A program made the position numbers and the translations under genes. From positions 69,367 to 133,366 of the forward strand of contig CAZQTC010000023.1 in the NCBI GenBank assembly GCA_964596425.1: a stretch of DNA of 64,000 nt, given 5' to 3'. A model generated the notes under the pieces. The model did not search any database and had not been told where the DNA came from. It worked only from the letters and a program-made list of their open reading frames with translations. Shown here in pieces: positions 25,939 to 36,307 of the stretch (the first letter of the stretch is position 1; each line of letters begins with the position of its first letter). The DNA comes from an uncultured Spirochaetales bacterium (GTDB taxonomy: Bacteria; Spirochaetota; Spirochaetia; SZUA-6).

Positions 25939-27663
25939 ATGGAAACTAGAGATACAACCCGGAGGATTCATATCCTCCGGGATGAAGTAGCACGGAAAAT
26001 TGCGGCCGGCGAGGTAATCGACCGGCCTTTTTCTGTTGTAAGAGAGCTTTTGGATAATTCGATAGATGCCAATAGTAAAAATATAGAGGTACGGATTGTA
26101 GGGGGAGGAATCGAGGAAATTCGTGTTAGGGATGATGGTATAGGAATGAGCAGGGCGGATCTTGAGGTGTGTTACTTGAGTCATGCAACCTCCAAGATCG
26201 AGGACATTGCTGATATTTACCGAACCCAAACACTTGGGTTTAGGGGGGAGGCCCTCTCGAGTATTGCTACCTGTTCGCGCCTTGAGATTGTTAGTAGAGA
26301 ACAAAATGCGGATTATGCTCATAGGCTTGTTGTTGAGGGGGGGAGGCTTGTAGAGTTACAGAAATCGGCTGGAGTTGCAGGAACAACGGTTTCTGTCTCA
26401 AAATTATTCTATAATATGCCAGCGCGAAGGGGTTTTTTAAAGAGTAAGTCATCCGAGAGTTTTATGTGTAAATCTGTCTTTTTGGAAAAAGCACTTCCAT
26501 TTCCGGAAATATCCTTCAAATTTTTTTCTAATGAAAAATTGAGTATTTTTTTACCTCCCTCTGGATTACTTGAGAGAGTTTTTAATGCCTATGGTGATTT
26601 GCTTGTAAGAGAATTATTGATGTACGATGAGTATGAGAGAGGTGATGTTAAAATACGACTTGTTGCGGGGGATCCATCCCTTATGCGAAGGGATAGGAAG
26701 TTTATTCAAATATTTATCAATGGTAGGAGAGTAAATGAGTATTCTCTCATAAAGGTTGTTGAGTACAGTTTTTCCGGTTACGTACCTGGAGGATATTACC
26801 CTGTATGTTTTGTATTTATTGAGATAAATCCGAAATTGGTGGATTTTAATGTCCATCCGGCCAAAAAAGAGGTTAAATTAAGGAATCTGTCACTTATAAA
26901 AGCTTCTGTAGTTGAGGTTATTTCCAGAAATATGCGGAAACTTAAAATAAAGGTTGGGGGAGAGAAATTTCCCACAGGATCCAGTGTTGATACGATGACA
27001 TATAAGCGAGCTGATAGTGGGGTGTTGGATGGACTGGAAGGGATTGATAGTCCCCCGATAAAATTTTTTTTGAGTGAGGCCGTGTTCGGGAGGGATAGAA
27101 ATGAAAATGAATCACTGTCCAGTGGGGAGATCAGGTATTTGGGGCAAATATTTAATCTTTTTCTATTAGCTGTTTACAGAGATACACTTCTCGTAGTTGA
27201 TCAACATGCTGCCCACGAGCGTATACTGTTTGATGAATTGATGGAGAAACCCTTGGTGTCTCAAGAATTGCTCTTTCCTATATATTTTAGTGTCGAGGGA
27301 GGGAATGAACTTTCTGAGGAACAGATAGAAAATTTCAATTCTCTGGGTATAAAGATAAACAGGGTAGCCTCCCGTAGGTATGAAATAGTATCTCTACCCG
27401 AGGATTTTCTTGTTCTAGAGGAAAGTGAGCTTATTGATTTAGTAAAAGAGACTCGTAGTGACACTGAAGGTCTCAAGAGGAAAATACTGGATAGTGTGGC
27501 GTGTAAGATGGCTATTAAGGAAGGTGAAACCATCGATGAAATTACGGCTATTTCTCTTCTGGAAAGAGCCGTTGCATTGAAGGATGCAAGGTGTCCCCAT
27601 GGAAGGCCAATATGGTTTTCTATTTCGAGGAGTGAACTTCTTAGAATCGTCAAACGATTGTAG
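25939..27663 (+). CDS. mutL: DNA mismatch repair protein MutL.
   Basis: GHKL ATPase N-terminus 'AAGEVIDRPFSVVRELLDNSIDA' and 'GFRGEAL'. Confidence 0.9.
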   Translation: METRDTTRRIHILRDEVARKIAAGEVIDRPFSVVRELLDNSIDANSKNIEVRIVGGGIEEIRVRDDGIGMSRADLEVCYLSHATSKIEDIADIYRTQTLGFRGEALSSIATCSRLEIVSREQNADYAHRLVVEGGRLVELQKSAGVAGTTVSVSKLFYNMPARRGFLKSKSSESFMCKSVFLEKALPFPEISFKFFSNEKLSIFLPPSGLLERVFNAYGDLLVRELLMYDEYERGDVKIRLVAGDPSLMRRDRKFIQIFINGRRVNEYSLIKVVEYSFSGYVPGGYYPVCFVFIEINPKLVDFNVHPAKKEVKLRNLSLIKASVVEVISRNMRKLKIKVGGEKFPTGSSVDTMTYKRADSGVLDGLEGIDSPPIKFFLSEAVFGRDRNENESLSSGEIRYLGQIFNLFLLAVYRDTLLVVDQHAAHERILFDELMEKPLVSQELLFPIYFSVEGGNELSEEQIENFNSLGIKINRVASRRYEIVSLPEDFLVLEESELIDLVKETRSDTEGLKRKILDSVACKMAIKEGETIDEITAISLLERAVALKDARCPHGRPIWFSISRSELLRIVKRL

Positions 27664-27674
27664 GATATTCTCTG

Positions 27675-29504
27675 CTATAGACCTGATATTATCTTTTGCA
27701 CTTCATTCTTTTTACTGTAGTTAGGATTTTTTTTCAGAAGGGTTGTAAGAAGCGATTTCGCTGTCTTTTTCTTTCCCTCCTTTATTAGGATTAATCCCAG
27801 TTGATAGTATGCATCCCAATAATTTGGGTCGATTTTAATTAGCTCGGAGAATGCCTGGAACGCACTGTTTAGTTGGTTTAATTCCAGATAGGAAAGCCCT
27901 AAATTATATCGGGGAAGTGTTGCACTAGGATTTAATGCAATAGCCTTTGAGAGGTGTTTTATACTATCCTGATACAATCCCTTATGGAGATATACGTTTC
28001 CGAGATTGTTGTTTACGGCATATGAACTTGGGGCGATTTGATAGGCATACGTCAAAATCTCTAACGCCTTGTCGTACAATCCGTTATCGTCGTAGATTTT
28101 ACTCAGATTTATTCTTGGTTTTAGATAGTTTTTGTCAATTTTTATCGCTTTGGTGTAGTATTGGATTGCTTTATCCTTGTCACCAAGCATTTCGCAGGCA
28201 AGCCCGGCGGTATAGTTGTAAATTGCAGAAGCGGGATCCAGTTGGGCGGCCTTTTCGGCGAAGGGTTTGGCCTTTTGGGGTTTGTTTAATTTTATGTAAA
28301 CGTTAGCAAGGTTGTAGTTTGTTGGAGGATGGTTTGGATCTATTTTTAATGCCTTTAAAAAGTAAGTTTCCGCCTCTCTGTATTTTCCTATCGAGGATAG
28401 GGCGGTGGCGTAACTTCTTAGGAGTATTGGGTTATTGGGTTTGTATGAGAGTGCCTTTCCAAATTCCTGTACAGCCTGGTTTATATTACCCTTTTCTGTT
28501 AGTAAGATTCCCTTTTCGTAGTATGCCTCTGCGAAGTCTCTCTTGTACTTTATTGCCAGGTCAAATTCTGTTATTGCTTTGTCTTTCTCTCCAAGTTTGG
28601 TAAGTGTTTTCCCCTTCCTATAATGAGCCTGGGGAAAATCCGGTTTTATATGAAGGCAACTTGTGAAGGATTGGAGAGCGTCACTGTACTGTTTGGCATA
28701 GTACTGCATCTTGCCTAGAGAGTAAAGGATTGTATAGTCTTCCGGGTTGAGTCTGGAGGCCTCTTTGTACTCTTTTATAGCATTTTGGTAGTTCTTTGTT
28801 TTTTCGTATATTTTGCCCAGGGTTAAATGTGGGACCCATAGGTTTGGGTTTTTTTGAATGGCTTCATGTGAAAATTCTATTGCCTTTTGTATGTTTTCTG
28901 GATTGTTGGGGTTTTCCTCAAGGTATGAAAGCCCTATGTAAGCATAAGCCTCTCCTATGTTTGGATCCAGATTTATTACCGAATTAAAGGTGTCTCGGGC
29001 ATTGCGGTACTCTTTATTATTTATCTGTTTAATACCCTTGGAGATCAGGTCATTTATCTTTCGAATTTTATTTCTCTCTTTTTGTGAGGCGCTCTGGGGA
29101 ATTTTTTTTGGTTTTTCCTTTATTACAATTTGTTGCTTTTCCTTGCTTTCCTGTATGGTTTCTCCTAATTTTGACAGACTTTTTTTGAGCTGCTCATTCT
29201 GTTTTTTTAACAGTTCTTCCTCACTTTTTTTCTGTTTTTCCTCTGCAAGTTTTTTCTTTTGAATGATTTGGTTGAGCAGTTTTTGTGCATCGCTGTCGTT
29301 TGGATTTTTAATAAGTAAATTATCTACCAGTTGCATTGCTCTTTCATATTCACCGCTATTCATGTACCTCTTTGCCAATTTAAGTACGTTAAGTCTTTCG
29401 GCGTGAGCTTTTTTGGCGATTTCCGATTTTACTATTAGCCCTCCTCCAATAAGAAGGAGTAGTAGTAAAACAATTGTACCAATTACGATTACTTTTTTAT
29501 TCAA
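27675..29504 (-). CDS. TPR-repeat protein with an N-terminal TM anchor and coiled-coil.
   Basis: N-terminal 'VIVIGTIVLLLLLLIGGGLIV', a Lys/Glu-rich coiled-coil, then more than 10 TPR-like repeats (recurring Y..LG..Y....Y..A). Confidence 0.7.
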   Translation of the reverse strand: MNKKVIVIGTIVLLLLLLIGGGLIVKSEIAKKAHAERLNVLKLAKRYMNSGEYERAMQLVDNLLIKNPNDSDAQKLLNQIIQKKKLAEEKQKKSEEELLKKQNEQLKKSLSKLGETIQESKEKQQIVIKEKPKKIPQSASQKERNKIRKINDLISKGIKQINNKEYRNARDTFNSVINLDPNIGEAYAYIGLSYLEENPNNPENIQKAIEFSHEAIQKNPNLWVPHLTLGKIYEKTKNYQNAIKEYKEASRLNPEDYTILYSLGKMQYYAKQYSDALQSFTSCLHIKPDFPQAHYRKGKTLTKLGEKDKAITEFDLAIKYKRDFAEAYYEKGILLTEKGNINQAVQEFGKALSYKPNNPILLRSYATALSSIGKYREAETYFLKALKIDPNHPPTNYNLANVYIKLNKPQKAKPFAEKAAQLDPASAIYNYTAGLACEMLGDKDKAIQYYTKAIKIDKNYLKPRINLSKIYDDNGLYDKALEILTYAYQIAPSSYAVNNNLGNVYLHKGLYQDSIKHLSKAIALNPSATLPRYNLGLSYLELNQLNSAFQAFSELIKIDPNYWDAYYQLGLILIKEGKKKTAKSLLTTLLKKNPNYSKKNEVQKIISGL

Positions 29505-29524
29505 TTTAACTCTCCTTGTTTTTA

Positions 29525-30208
29525 TTAATCCTGAATATCTATGTCTTCATAGTCCTGCTGAATTTTTTCTGAACCGGCAGATAGGTTTTTTGTATCTTCA
29601 GATGCATTTTTGAGCGAGTTTAGAACCTCGTTCATTAAGGCTTTTTGTTTTGCCAATTCTTCCTCTCGTTTTTTCTCCTCCTCGGCTATGATACCGTTTA
29701 AGATATTAATAAGTTTTTCTATTTTATCCCTCTGAGGAGATTCCGGCTTTAATCTGAGATAGATTATGTAGTCAGAAACAGCCTCTTTGAATTTATTCTG
29801 TTTCAGTCTTGCGTTTGCTCTATTGAGGTATGCCTCTGGTATCTCTTTATTTATCTTGATAGCTTCACTATACATATCCTCGGCAAGAGAGAATTGCTTT
29901 TTCCTGAAGAAGTTGTTTCCCATGTTGTAGTATAGTAAGTCTTTTACGGATGTGGCTACATTTAACCCTCTTCTCATTATTTTGGTGGATTTATCTATTT
30001 CCCCTAGTTGATCATATACCATGCCAAGATAGAGGTATATTTTTTCGTTGGTAGGATCCTCGTTTAGAGCCGCTTCAAGAAGGGGAGCACTCTGTTTGGG
30101 TTTATTCTCCAGGAATAGTTTTTCTCCCTCCTCCAGGTATGAGGATGAAAAACTTGGAAGGATGGATACGGATAGTATTAAAATGCTTAAAATTACTTTG
30201 GGTTTCAT
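29525..30208 (-). CDS. Secreted TPR-repeat protein.
   Basis: Signal peptide, TPR repeats and a C-terminal coiled-coil. Confidence 0.65.
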   Translation of the reverse strand: MKPKVILSILILSVSILPSFSSSYLEEGEKLFLENKPKQSAPLLEAALNEDPTNEKIYLYLGMVYDQLGEIDKSTKIMRRGLNVATSVKDLLYYNMGNNFFRKKQFSLAEDMYSEAIKINKEIPEAYLNRANARLKQNKFKEAVSDYIIYLRLKPESPQRDKIEKLINILNGIIAEEEKKREEELAKQKALMNEVLNSLKNASEDTKNLSAGSEKIQQDYEDIDIQD

Positions 30209-30288
30209 AGTAGTTTCCTACATAATAAGATAATATATAAATTGACACTTTTCATAAAAAAATCTAATCTTTCACCATCGGTGAAAAT

Positions 30289-31647
30289 ATGTCTGGTTTT
30301 GTTGTTCTGGTTATAATACTCGGCAGTGTGCTCGGGTTATTGACAGTTTTTATTATTAAAAGTTTCATTACTCCTCAAAGGATAAGCTCTCTGGAGAACC
30401 TTATCAAGAAGGGAAGATACACCCAGGCAATAAGACTTGCAAAACAGTTAATAGCTAAAGATCCTCACAATATGGATGCCCATTACTATCTTGGGCTTGC
30501 TTACCTTAGGGATGGAAAAGAAGAACTGGCCCTAATGGAGTGGAAGAAGGTTAATGAAATTGGCGATTTCTCTGGGGCTATAAGGGAGATCCCCTTTAGG
30601 AAACAGATTGCGGAACTCTACGCTAGGTTTAATCAGTTGGACGAGGCTCTTAAAGAGTACCTTTTGTTGATAAAGGCTCAGCCCTCCGAAGCAGTTTACT
30701 ATTATAAGGCTGGTGAGCTCTTTGAAATGAAGGGCAAGGCCCCTAAAGCGGTATCTTTCTATATGAAGGCTGTTGAACTTGATAAGAGATTTGCCAAGGC
30801 CCATTACAAATTAGGGGTCCTCTTTTATAGACATAAAAAACCTCTTGAGGCTAAGAGAGAACTGGAATTGGCGGTTAAGTTAGAACCGGAAAACTATAAA
30901 GCCTATTACTACCTGGGGAAGCTGTTAAAAGACGAGAAGAATTATCCCGAAGCTTTAAAGATGTTTGAGAGGGCCCAACGAGATCCTGAATTGAAGGTGA
31001 AGGTCTTAATTGAGCGAGGAACATGCTATATGAGTATGAATAATTTTGATAGGGCAATACCGGAACTCGAGAGAGCAATAAATAATCTATCAACTGAATC
31101 AAGCAACGAGGCACTGTATGCAAGATATTTCCTTGCATACTGCTATGAGAAAAAGCGGGATATAGATAAAGCAATAGCCCAGTGGGAAAAGATATACTCT
31201 AAAAAGCCTACCTTCAGGGATGTTGCTGAGAAACTCTCCCAATATCAGGAACTTCGGGCTGATGATAGAATGAAGGATTATCTTACCTCGCCGAAGGATC
31301 ATTTTTTTGAGTTGTGTAGAAAGATTGTAGAGGGTATGAAATTAAAAATCCAAGATATGAAAGAGATACCCAATGGGTGTGAAATTGTTGCCGTGGAACA
31401 GGAAACTAAATGGCGGAACGCAAGAAAGATGCCCCGAATTATCCAGTTTTATAGGACTCCCGATATTTTGGATGAAATAACTGTTAGGAATTTGCATGAG
31501 AAGATGAAAAAATCAAATATAACGCGTGGGGTTATTATTACGAGTTCAACATTTTCACGAAGCGCATACTCATATGCGGAGACTCGACCTATTGATTTGT
31601 ACAACAAGGGGAAACTTCAGGAACTTCTAAGAATGGTTGATATCTGA
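30289..31647 (+). CDS. Membrane-anchored TPR protein with a C-terminal Mrr-type restriction-endonuclease-like (Mrr_cat) domain.
   Basis: N-terminal TM 'FVVLVIILGSVLGLLTVFII' and about 8 TPRs. The C-terminus 'FFELCRKIVEGM...GVIITSSTFSRSAYSYAETRPIDLYNKGKLQELL' matches the Mrr_cat fold pattern. Confidence 0.55.
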   Translation: MSGFVVLVIILGSVLGLLTVFIIKSFITPQRISSLENLIKKGRYTQAIRLAKQLIAKDPHNMDAHYYLGLAYLRDGKEELALMEWKKVNEIGDFSGAIREIPFRKQIAELYARFNQLDEALKEYLLLIKAQPSEAVYYYKAGELFEMKGKAPKAVSFYMKAVELDKRFAKAHYKLGVLFYRHKKPLEAKRELELAVKLEPENYKAYYYLGKLLKDEKNYPEALKMFERAQRDPELKVKVLIERGTCYMSMNNFDRAIPELERAINNLSTESSNEALYARYFLAYCYEKKRDIDKAIAQWEKIYSKKPTFRDVAEKLSQYQELRADDRMKDYLTSPKDHFFELCRKIVEGMKLKIQDMKEIPNGCEIVAVEQETKWRNARKMPRIIQFYRTPDILDEITVRNLHEKMKKSNITRGVIITSSTFSRSAYSYAETRPIDLYNKGKLQELLRMVDI

Positions 31648-31687
31648 ACTTGGTCTCTGGACATATAAAGATATAGAACATACAAAA

Positions 31688-31743
31688 GCACCTCTTTTGC
31701 AACTCTAAAGGATACACTTATTTAAGAGCTGCAAAATAGGTGC
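31688..31743. terminator. Putative bidirectional terminator between convergent genes.
   Basis: Inverted repeat gcacctcttttgcaactct / agagctgcaaaataggtgc (19 bp, 2 mismatches) between the 3' ends of the TPR-Mrr gene and acpP. Confidence 0.45.
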
Positions 31744-31803
31744 TTGGACTCTCAAGATTTGTGTTGGTGGTTTAGGGTTGTTTGAAATAAACCCTCTTAG
31801 AGA

Positions 31804-32082
31804 TTAAGATTCCTGGGTAGAGAGATCCCCTTCTTCACCTGAATTGAGCTTTTCATAGATAAAATCTACCGTATCCGAGATTTTCTGGATTTTCTCTGCT
31901 GATTCGTCCGAAATGGTAATTCCAAATTCTTCCTCAATTTCGTATACCATCTCTGCTACGTCCAGTGAATCAAGGCCCAGGTCGTACTTTAAATGAAGGT
32001 CTGGATTGACATTATTTGTATCTATCTGGGTATGTCTGGATAAAATTTCTATTAGCTTGTCCTGAATTTCCTTCTTTTCCAT
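31804..32082 (-). CDS. acpP: Acyl carrier protein.
   Basis: 'LGLDSLDVAEMVYEIEEEFG' carries the phosphopantetheine-attachment Ser motif. ATG at 32082 follows AGGAGG. Confidence 0.8.
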   Translation of the reverse strand: MEKKEIQDKLIEILSRHTQIDTNNVNPDLHLKYDLGLDSLDVAEMVYEIEEEFGITISDESAEKIQKISDTVDFIYEKLNSGEEGDLSTQES

Positions 32083-32156
32083 TTTAACCTCCTGATTAAA
32101 GTTTGACGTAATATACAGAAAATATGTAATATTGTCAAATGTGAGGGGTTTAAAAA

Positions 32157-32813
32157 ATGAAAATTTTGTGCATCGCTGACCATATCGATCCATTGGTCTA
32201 CAGCAATAGCATTAGGGAGCGATTTAAAGATGTTGATATTATTGTAAGTGCGGGTGATTTACCCCTGCGTTACTACGATTTTATAGTTTCGAATCTTAAT
32301 AAACCGCTTCTGTTTGTGTTTGGAAATCATAATCTTAAGAGGATACATCTGTACAAGCCTGAGTATAGAAAGGAGTTTAACGATTTATACGATCTCTCGA
32401 AGTTTGGTTCTTGTGGTGCGATTTATATTGGTAGTAAGGTTAAGATGGTGAAGGGAATAATTTTTGCGGGTCTGGGGGGCAGTATGTGGTACAATGGGGG
32501 ATTAAATCAATACACTGAGTTTGGAATGTTTCTTCAGATATTGAAGCTTATCCCGAAGATGCTCTATCACAGGGTAGTACATGGTCGGTATGTTGATATT
32601 TTGGTAACGCATTCTCCCCCGCGTGGTATAAATGATCTTCCGGACAGGTGTCATACGGGATTTAAAGTGTTTTTATGGTTTATGAAAACGTTTAAACCAA
32701 AGTATTTGATACATGGGCATATACATCTCTATACTTTAAATGCGGAAAGAAGGGCAAATTATCTTGACACTACCATTATTAATGCATATAACCATTGCTT
32801 AATTGAATGGTAG
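32157..32813 (+). CDS. Metallophosphoesterase.
   Basis: Motifs 'GDLPLRYYDF', 'GNHN', 'THSPPRG' and 'HGHIH'. Confidence 0.7.
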   Translation: MKILCIADHIDPLVYSNSIRERFKDVDIIVSAGDLPLRYYDFIVSNLNKPLLFVFGNHNLKRIHLYKPEYRKEFNDLYDLSKFGSCGAIYIGSKVKMVKGIIFAGLGGSMWYNGGLNQYTEFGMFLQILKLIPKMLYHRVVHGRYVDILVTHSPPRGINDLPDRCHTGFKVFLWFMKTFKPKYLIHGHIHLYTLNAERRANYLDTTIINAYNHCLIEW

Positions 32814-32828
32814 TGGGGGAAGTGAGTT

Positions 32829-33746
32829 ATGAGTGATTCAATGTATTCGTCTATGGCGAAAGATGATTTTAACAAGGCGAGAAGCAGGGAAATTTTAACA
32901 GCTATACTTTCAAAACTGACCAACAGGAAAACCGATCTGTTGTCACTTCAGGACGCGCGAGACATTCTCAAGCCAAAGTCGGAAAATTATAGGGGAATGC
33001 AGACTGTTCCAATATCACTTATTGTGGGAAGTGAGGGACGGTATAAGGATTTCAACAGAGAATTTTTACCTAAGCATCAGCATTTGCGCTCGAGATGGGA
33101 AAGGGTAGATGTTGCGTACTATAAACAGATAAATCTCCCTCCCATAAAACTGTATAAGCTCGGTGGTGTTTACTTTGTAAGAGACGGAAATCACAGGGTT
33201 TCTGTTGCAAGGATGCAGGGGGTTGAGTTTGTAGATGCCGAGGTGATAGAGCTTAGTTCTGAAATCACGATAAAGCCCGGAATGACGAAAGAAGAACTCA
33301 AGCGAGAGGTTATCAAGTTTGAGAAGGAAAAGTTCTATAAGGCAACTAAGCTGGATAAACTTCGTAAGGATTGTGTTCTGAATTTTACCGCTCCTGGGCG
33401 TTACGATGATGTTGTGGAGCATATAAATAAACACAGAGCATTTTTGAAAGAAAAAGAAAATCGTGATGTTTCTTTTGAGGAGGCAATGCTCTCCTGGTGT
33501 GATAACATATATAAGCCTATTGTTGAACTTATACGGAAAGAAAAACTCTTAAGTAGGTTTTATGGAAGGACCGAAGCAGATTTGTATGTGTGGATTGTTA
33601 GACACTGGGATGAATTGAAGAAGAAGTGGGGAGAGGAGTATCCGTTGGACGAGGCTTTGGAGGATTATAAGAACAGATTCGCCGGTGGTTTCTTTAGTAG
33701 ATTAAGGGATAAATTTAAAGATTTCATTCGCAGGCTTACAGAGTAG
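32829..33746 (+). CDS. ParB/Srx-superfamily protein with a DGQHR-like 'DGNHR' motif.
   Basis: 'GGVYFVRDGNHRVSVARMQG' resembles the ParB-like nuclease / DGQHR domain core. Confidence 0.45.
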   Translation: MSDSMYSSMAKDDFNKARSREILTAILSKLTNRKTDLLSLQDARDILKPKSENYRGMQTVPISLIVGSEGRYKDFNREFLPKHQHLRSRWERVDVAYYKQINLPPIKLYKLGGVYFVRDGNHRVSVARMQGVEFVDAEVIELSSEITIKPGMTKEELKREVIKFEKEKFYKATKLDKLRKDCVLNFTAPGRYDDVVEHINKHRAFLKEKENRDVSFEEAMLSWCDNIYKPIVELIRKEKLLSRFYGRTEADLYVWIVRHWDELKKKWGEEYPLDEALEDYKNRFAGGFFSRLRDKFKDFIRRLTE

Positions 33747-33777
33747 CAGAAACGTGGCATGGTAGTTATTTCATCTA

Positions 33778-34413
33778 TTACTGTTCTGGGGTAAGAATTA
33801 AAATTTTTGTTTCTCCCCCGTATCTATTTTTGTAAATTTCTTCAAATCGTTGGGCATCTTTCGGGCTCCCAACGATTTTACCATAGTGCATTGGTATGGC
33901 ATACTTGGGAGAAACCGTGTTGACAGCCTCTGCCCCCTCTTCTGAATTCATTGTGTAGGTGCCACCTATGGGCACGAGGAAATAGTCGGTTTTTACCTCT
34001 TTCATCTCTGGGATAAGGTCTGTGTCTCCTGGGTGATACACACTTTCGGTCAGATAGATTATGTAACCTACCCATTTATTGCTCTTCGGGTGAAAAGGTT
34101 TGGAAGGATTGTAAGCTGGTACGGTTTTGAATTTAATTCCTACCTCGTATGTGTTGTTAGGTTCCACCGAAATAATCTTTTTCCCAAGCCCCTCTAATTT
34201 TTCCATACAGTCTTCTGGGGCTACTATGGTGGTCTCTTTGTCTAATAATTTTGTAATATCATCCGGGGAACAGTGATCGTAGTGTGAATGCGTTATGAAT
34301 ATTATATCGACTGCTTCGCCCGTTTTTAAATCAAAGGGATCAATTGCTATCTTATAGTTATCTTCGATTATGAATGATGCATGACCTAAAAATCTTATAT
34401 TCATTTTTCTCAC
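33778..34413 (-). CDS. MBL-fold metallo-hydrolase.
   Basis: 'HSHYDH' metal-binding motif and downstream His/Asp ligands. Confidence 0.75.
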   Translation of the reverse strand: MRKMNIRFLGHASFIIEDNYKIAIDPFDLKTGEAVDIIFITHSHYDHCSPDDITKLLDKETTIVAPEDCMEKLEGLGKKIISVEPNNTYEVGIKFKTVPAYNPSKPFHPKSNKWVGYIIYLTESVYHPGDTDLIPEMKEVKTDYFLVPIGGTYTMNSEEGAEAVNTVSPKYAIPMHYGKIVGSPKDAQRFEEIYKNRYGGETKILILTPEQ

Positions 34414-34805
34414 CTCTTGAATGGTTTTAATAGTGCTTCAAATATTTTTTTGATAAACAGTAGTAGCCGTCTTAAAAAGCCAGGCCTTCTCAATTTTTCC
34501 AGACGGACTATTCCCGAGGCAACCTCTTCATCTAGAAGCCGTTTGCGCTGGACGTTTTCTTCTAACTCAATCTCGAGCTTTTCAGCTTCACTATTTTTGT
34601 CAACTACTATTGCATTAATTGTCTGCCAATTTAACCTTTTGGCAGCTTCTAGTCTTCTCTCTCCGGCAATAAGTTCGTTTTTTCTGTTTATTATAATTGG
34701 GGATAATTGACCATACTTTCGCATACTATTTACCAGCGCATCTATATCACCTAGATCTTTACGGATCCTTTGCTTTACGATTATCGATGATATCTTTACC
34801 TGCAT
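34410..34805 (-). CDS. Small ParB N-terminal-domain (ParB/Srx fold) protein.
   Basis: 'LSPIIINRKNELIAGERRLEAAKRL' is the canonical ParB GERRxRA box. Overlaps the MBL gene by 4 nt. Confidence 0.6.
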   Translation of the reverse strand: MQVKISSIIVKQRIRKDLGDIDALVNSMRKYGQLSPIIINRKNELIAGERRLEAAKRLNWQTINAIVVDKNSEAEKLEIELEENVQRKRLLDEEVASGIVRLEKLRRPGFLRRLLLFIKKIFEALLKPFKR

Positions 34806-34837
34806 TGGCCTATCCTTTCAGGGTTCTTCTATTTAAT

Positions 34838-36307
34838 TTAACCCTCTTTATCAGGAATGGCAAATGCACTGAGGATCGGTTTTCTGTTGGCAGTTACCTC
34901 GTCTGGCCTTCCAATTGGGGTATTGATTGGTGCCTCATGTAAGAGTTGCGGATTTAACTCAGCCTCCTCTACTATCTTGGATAGAACCTCGGCAAATCTA
35001 TCAAGATTTTCGATGGTCTCTGTCTCTGTAGGTTCTATCATTAAAGCCTCTTTTACTATTAGAGGAAAGTACACGGTGGGAGCGTGAAAGCCGTAGTCGA
35101 GTATTCTCTTGGATATGTCGAGGGCACGAATCCCGTATTTCTTTTTTGTATTGGTAGCCGATACAACAAACTCATGCATACTGGCATTTTTGTAAGGCAG
35201 GTCAAATAGTCCCTCTATCTTTTTCTTGAGATAATTTGCATTTAGCACGGCTAATTCACTTACCCGTTTAAGACCCTCTCCCCCGTTTGCCCTTATGTAG
35301 AGATACGCCTTAAGTAGAACTAAGAAATTTCCGTAGAAGGTTCTCATTTTGCCTATAGAGCTATCTCTATGGGAGTAATCAAAGAAATATCTGTTGTCTT
35401 TGAAAGCAATGGTTGGGTAGGGTAGGAACTCTTTCAGTTTTTCTTTTACAGCAACGGGACCTGCTCCGGGTCCTCCCGTTCCATGAGGGGTGGAGAAGGT
35501 CTTATGAAGATTAAAGTGTACCATATCAAAGCCCATGTCACCGGGACGTACAATTCCCATTATGGCGTTCATATTTGCCCCATCGTAGTAGAGTAAGCCA
35601 CCCATTTCATGAACAATTGATGCGATTTCCTTTATCTCGTTTTCAAAAACCCCTAGGGTATTGGGATTTGTAACCATAAGAGCGGCTACCTCTTCATCCA
35701 TGTTTTTCTTTAGCTTTTCTACATCGATTGTTCCGTTTTCATTAGAGGGAATAGTTACAACCCTGTACCCACACATGGCTGCTGTTGCAGGATTGGTTCC
35801 GTGAGAGGAGTCAGGAACAAGTATTTTTTTCCGCGGATTTCCCTGTTTTGTGTGATAGGCACGAGTTATGAGAATACCAGTTAGTTCACCGTGAGCACCC
35901 GCCGCAGGATGAAGTGTTATTCCGTCCATCCCGCTTATCTCTTTTAAATCCTCTCCCAGTTCATACATTATCCGTAAAATTCCTTGCATACTATCTTCGC
36001 TCTGGTAGGGATGAACTTCGGAAAAATTGGACTCCGAAGCTATTTTTTCATTTATTTTGGGGTTATACTTCATTGTGCATGATCCGAGTGGATACATCCC
36101 CGTATCTACACCGTAGTTTAATCTGGAGAGTCTAACAAAGTGTCTTACCACCTCGTTCTCCGGTACAGAGGGTAAACGGGGAGGAGACTCTCTCTGTAAG
36201 TTCTTTGGAATTAGAGAATCATCTGTGTAGTTCGGAATAAAATCGCCCGATCGGCCTTCCATACTACTTTGGAATATTAGTTTTTCATTGTATTTAATCT
36301 CACTCAT
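34838..36307 (-). CDS. gcvPB: Glycine dehydrogenase (decarboxylating) subunit 2.
   Basis: A PLP-dependent GcvP C-terminal-half homologue. It overlaps gcvPA by 4 nt. Confidence 0.9.
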   Translation of the reverse strand: MSEIKYNEKLIFQSSMEGRSGDFIPNYTDDSLIPKNLQRESPPRLPSVPENEVVRHFVRLSRLNYGVDTGMYPLGSCTMKYNPKINEKIASESNFSEVHPYQSEDSMQGILRIMYELGEDLKEISGMDGITLHPAAGAHGELTGILITRAYHTKQGNPRKKILVPDSSHGTNPATAAMCGYRVVTIPSNENGTIDVEKLKKNMDEEVAALMVTNPNTLGVFENEIKEIASIVHEMGGLLYYDGANMNAIMGIVRPGDMGFDMVHFNLHKTFSTPHGTGGPGAGPVAVKEKLKEFLPYPTIAFKDNRYFFDYSHRDSSIGKMRTFYGNFLVLLKAYLYIRANGGEGLKRVSELAVLNANYLKKKIEGLFDLPYKNASMHEFVVSATNTKKKYGIRALDISKRILDYGFHAPTVYFPLIVKEALMIEPTETETIENLDRFAEVLSKIVEEAELNPQLLHEAPINTPIGRPDEVTANRKPILSAFAIPDKEG

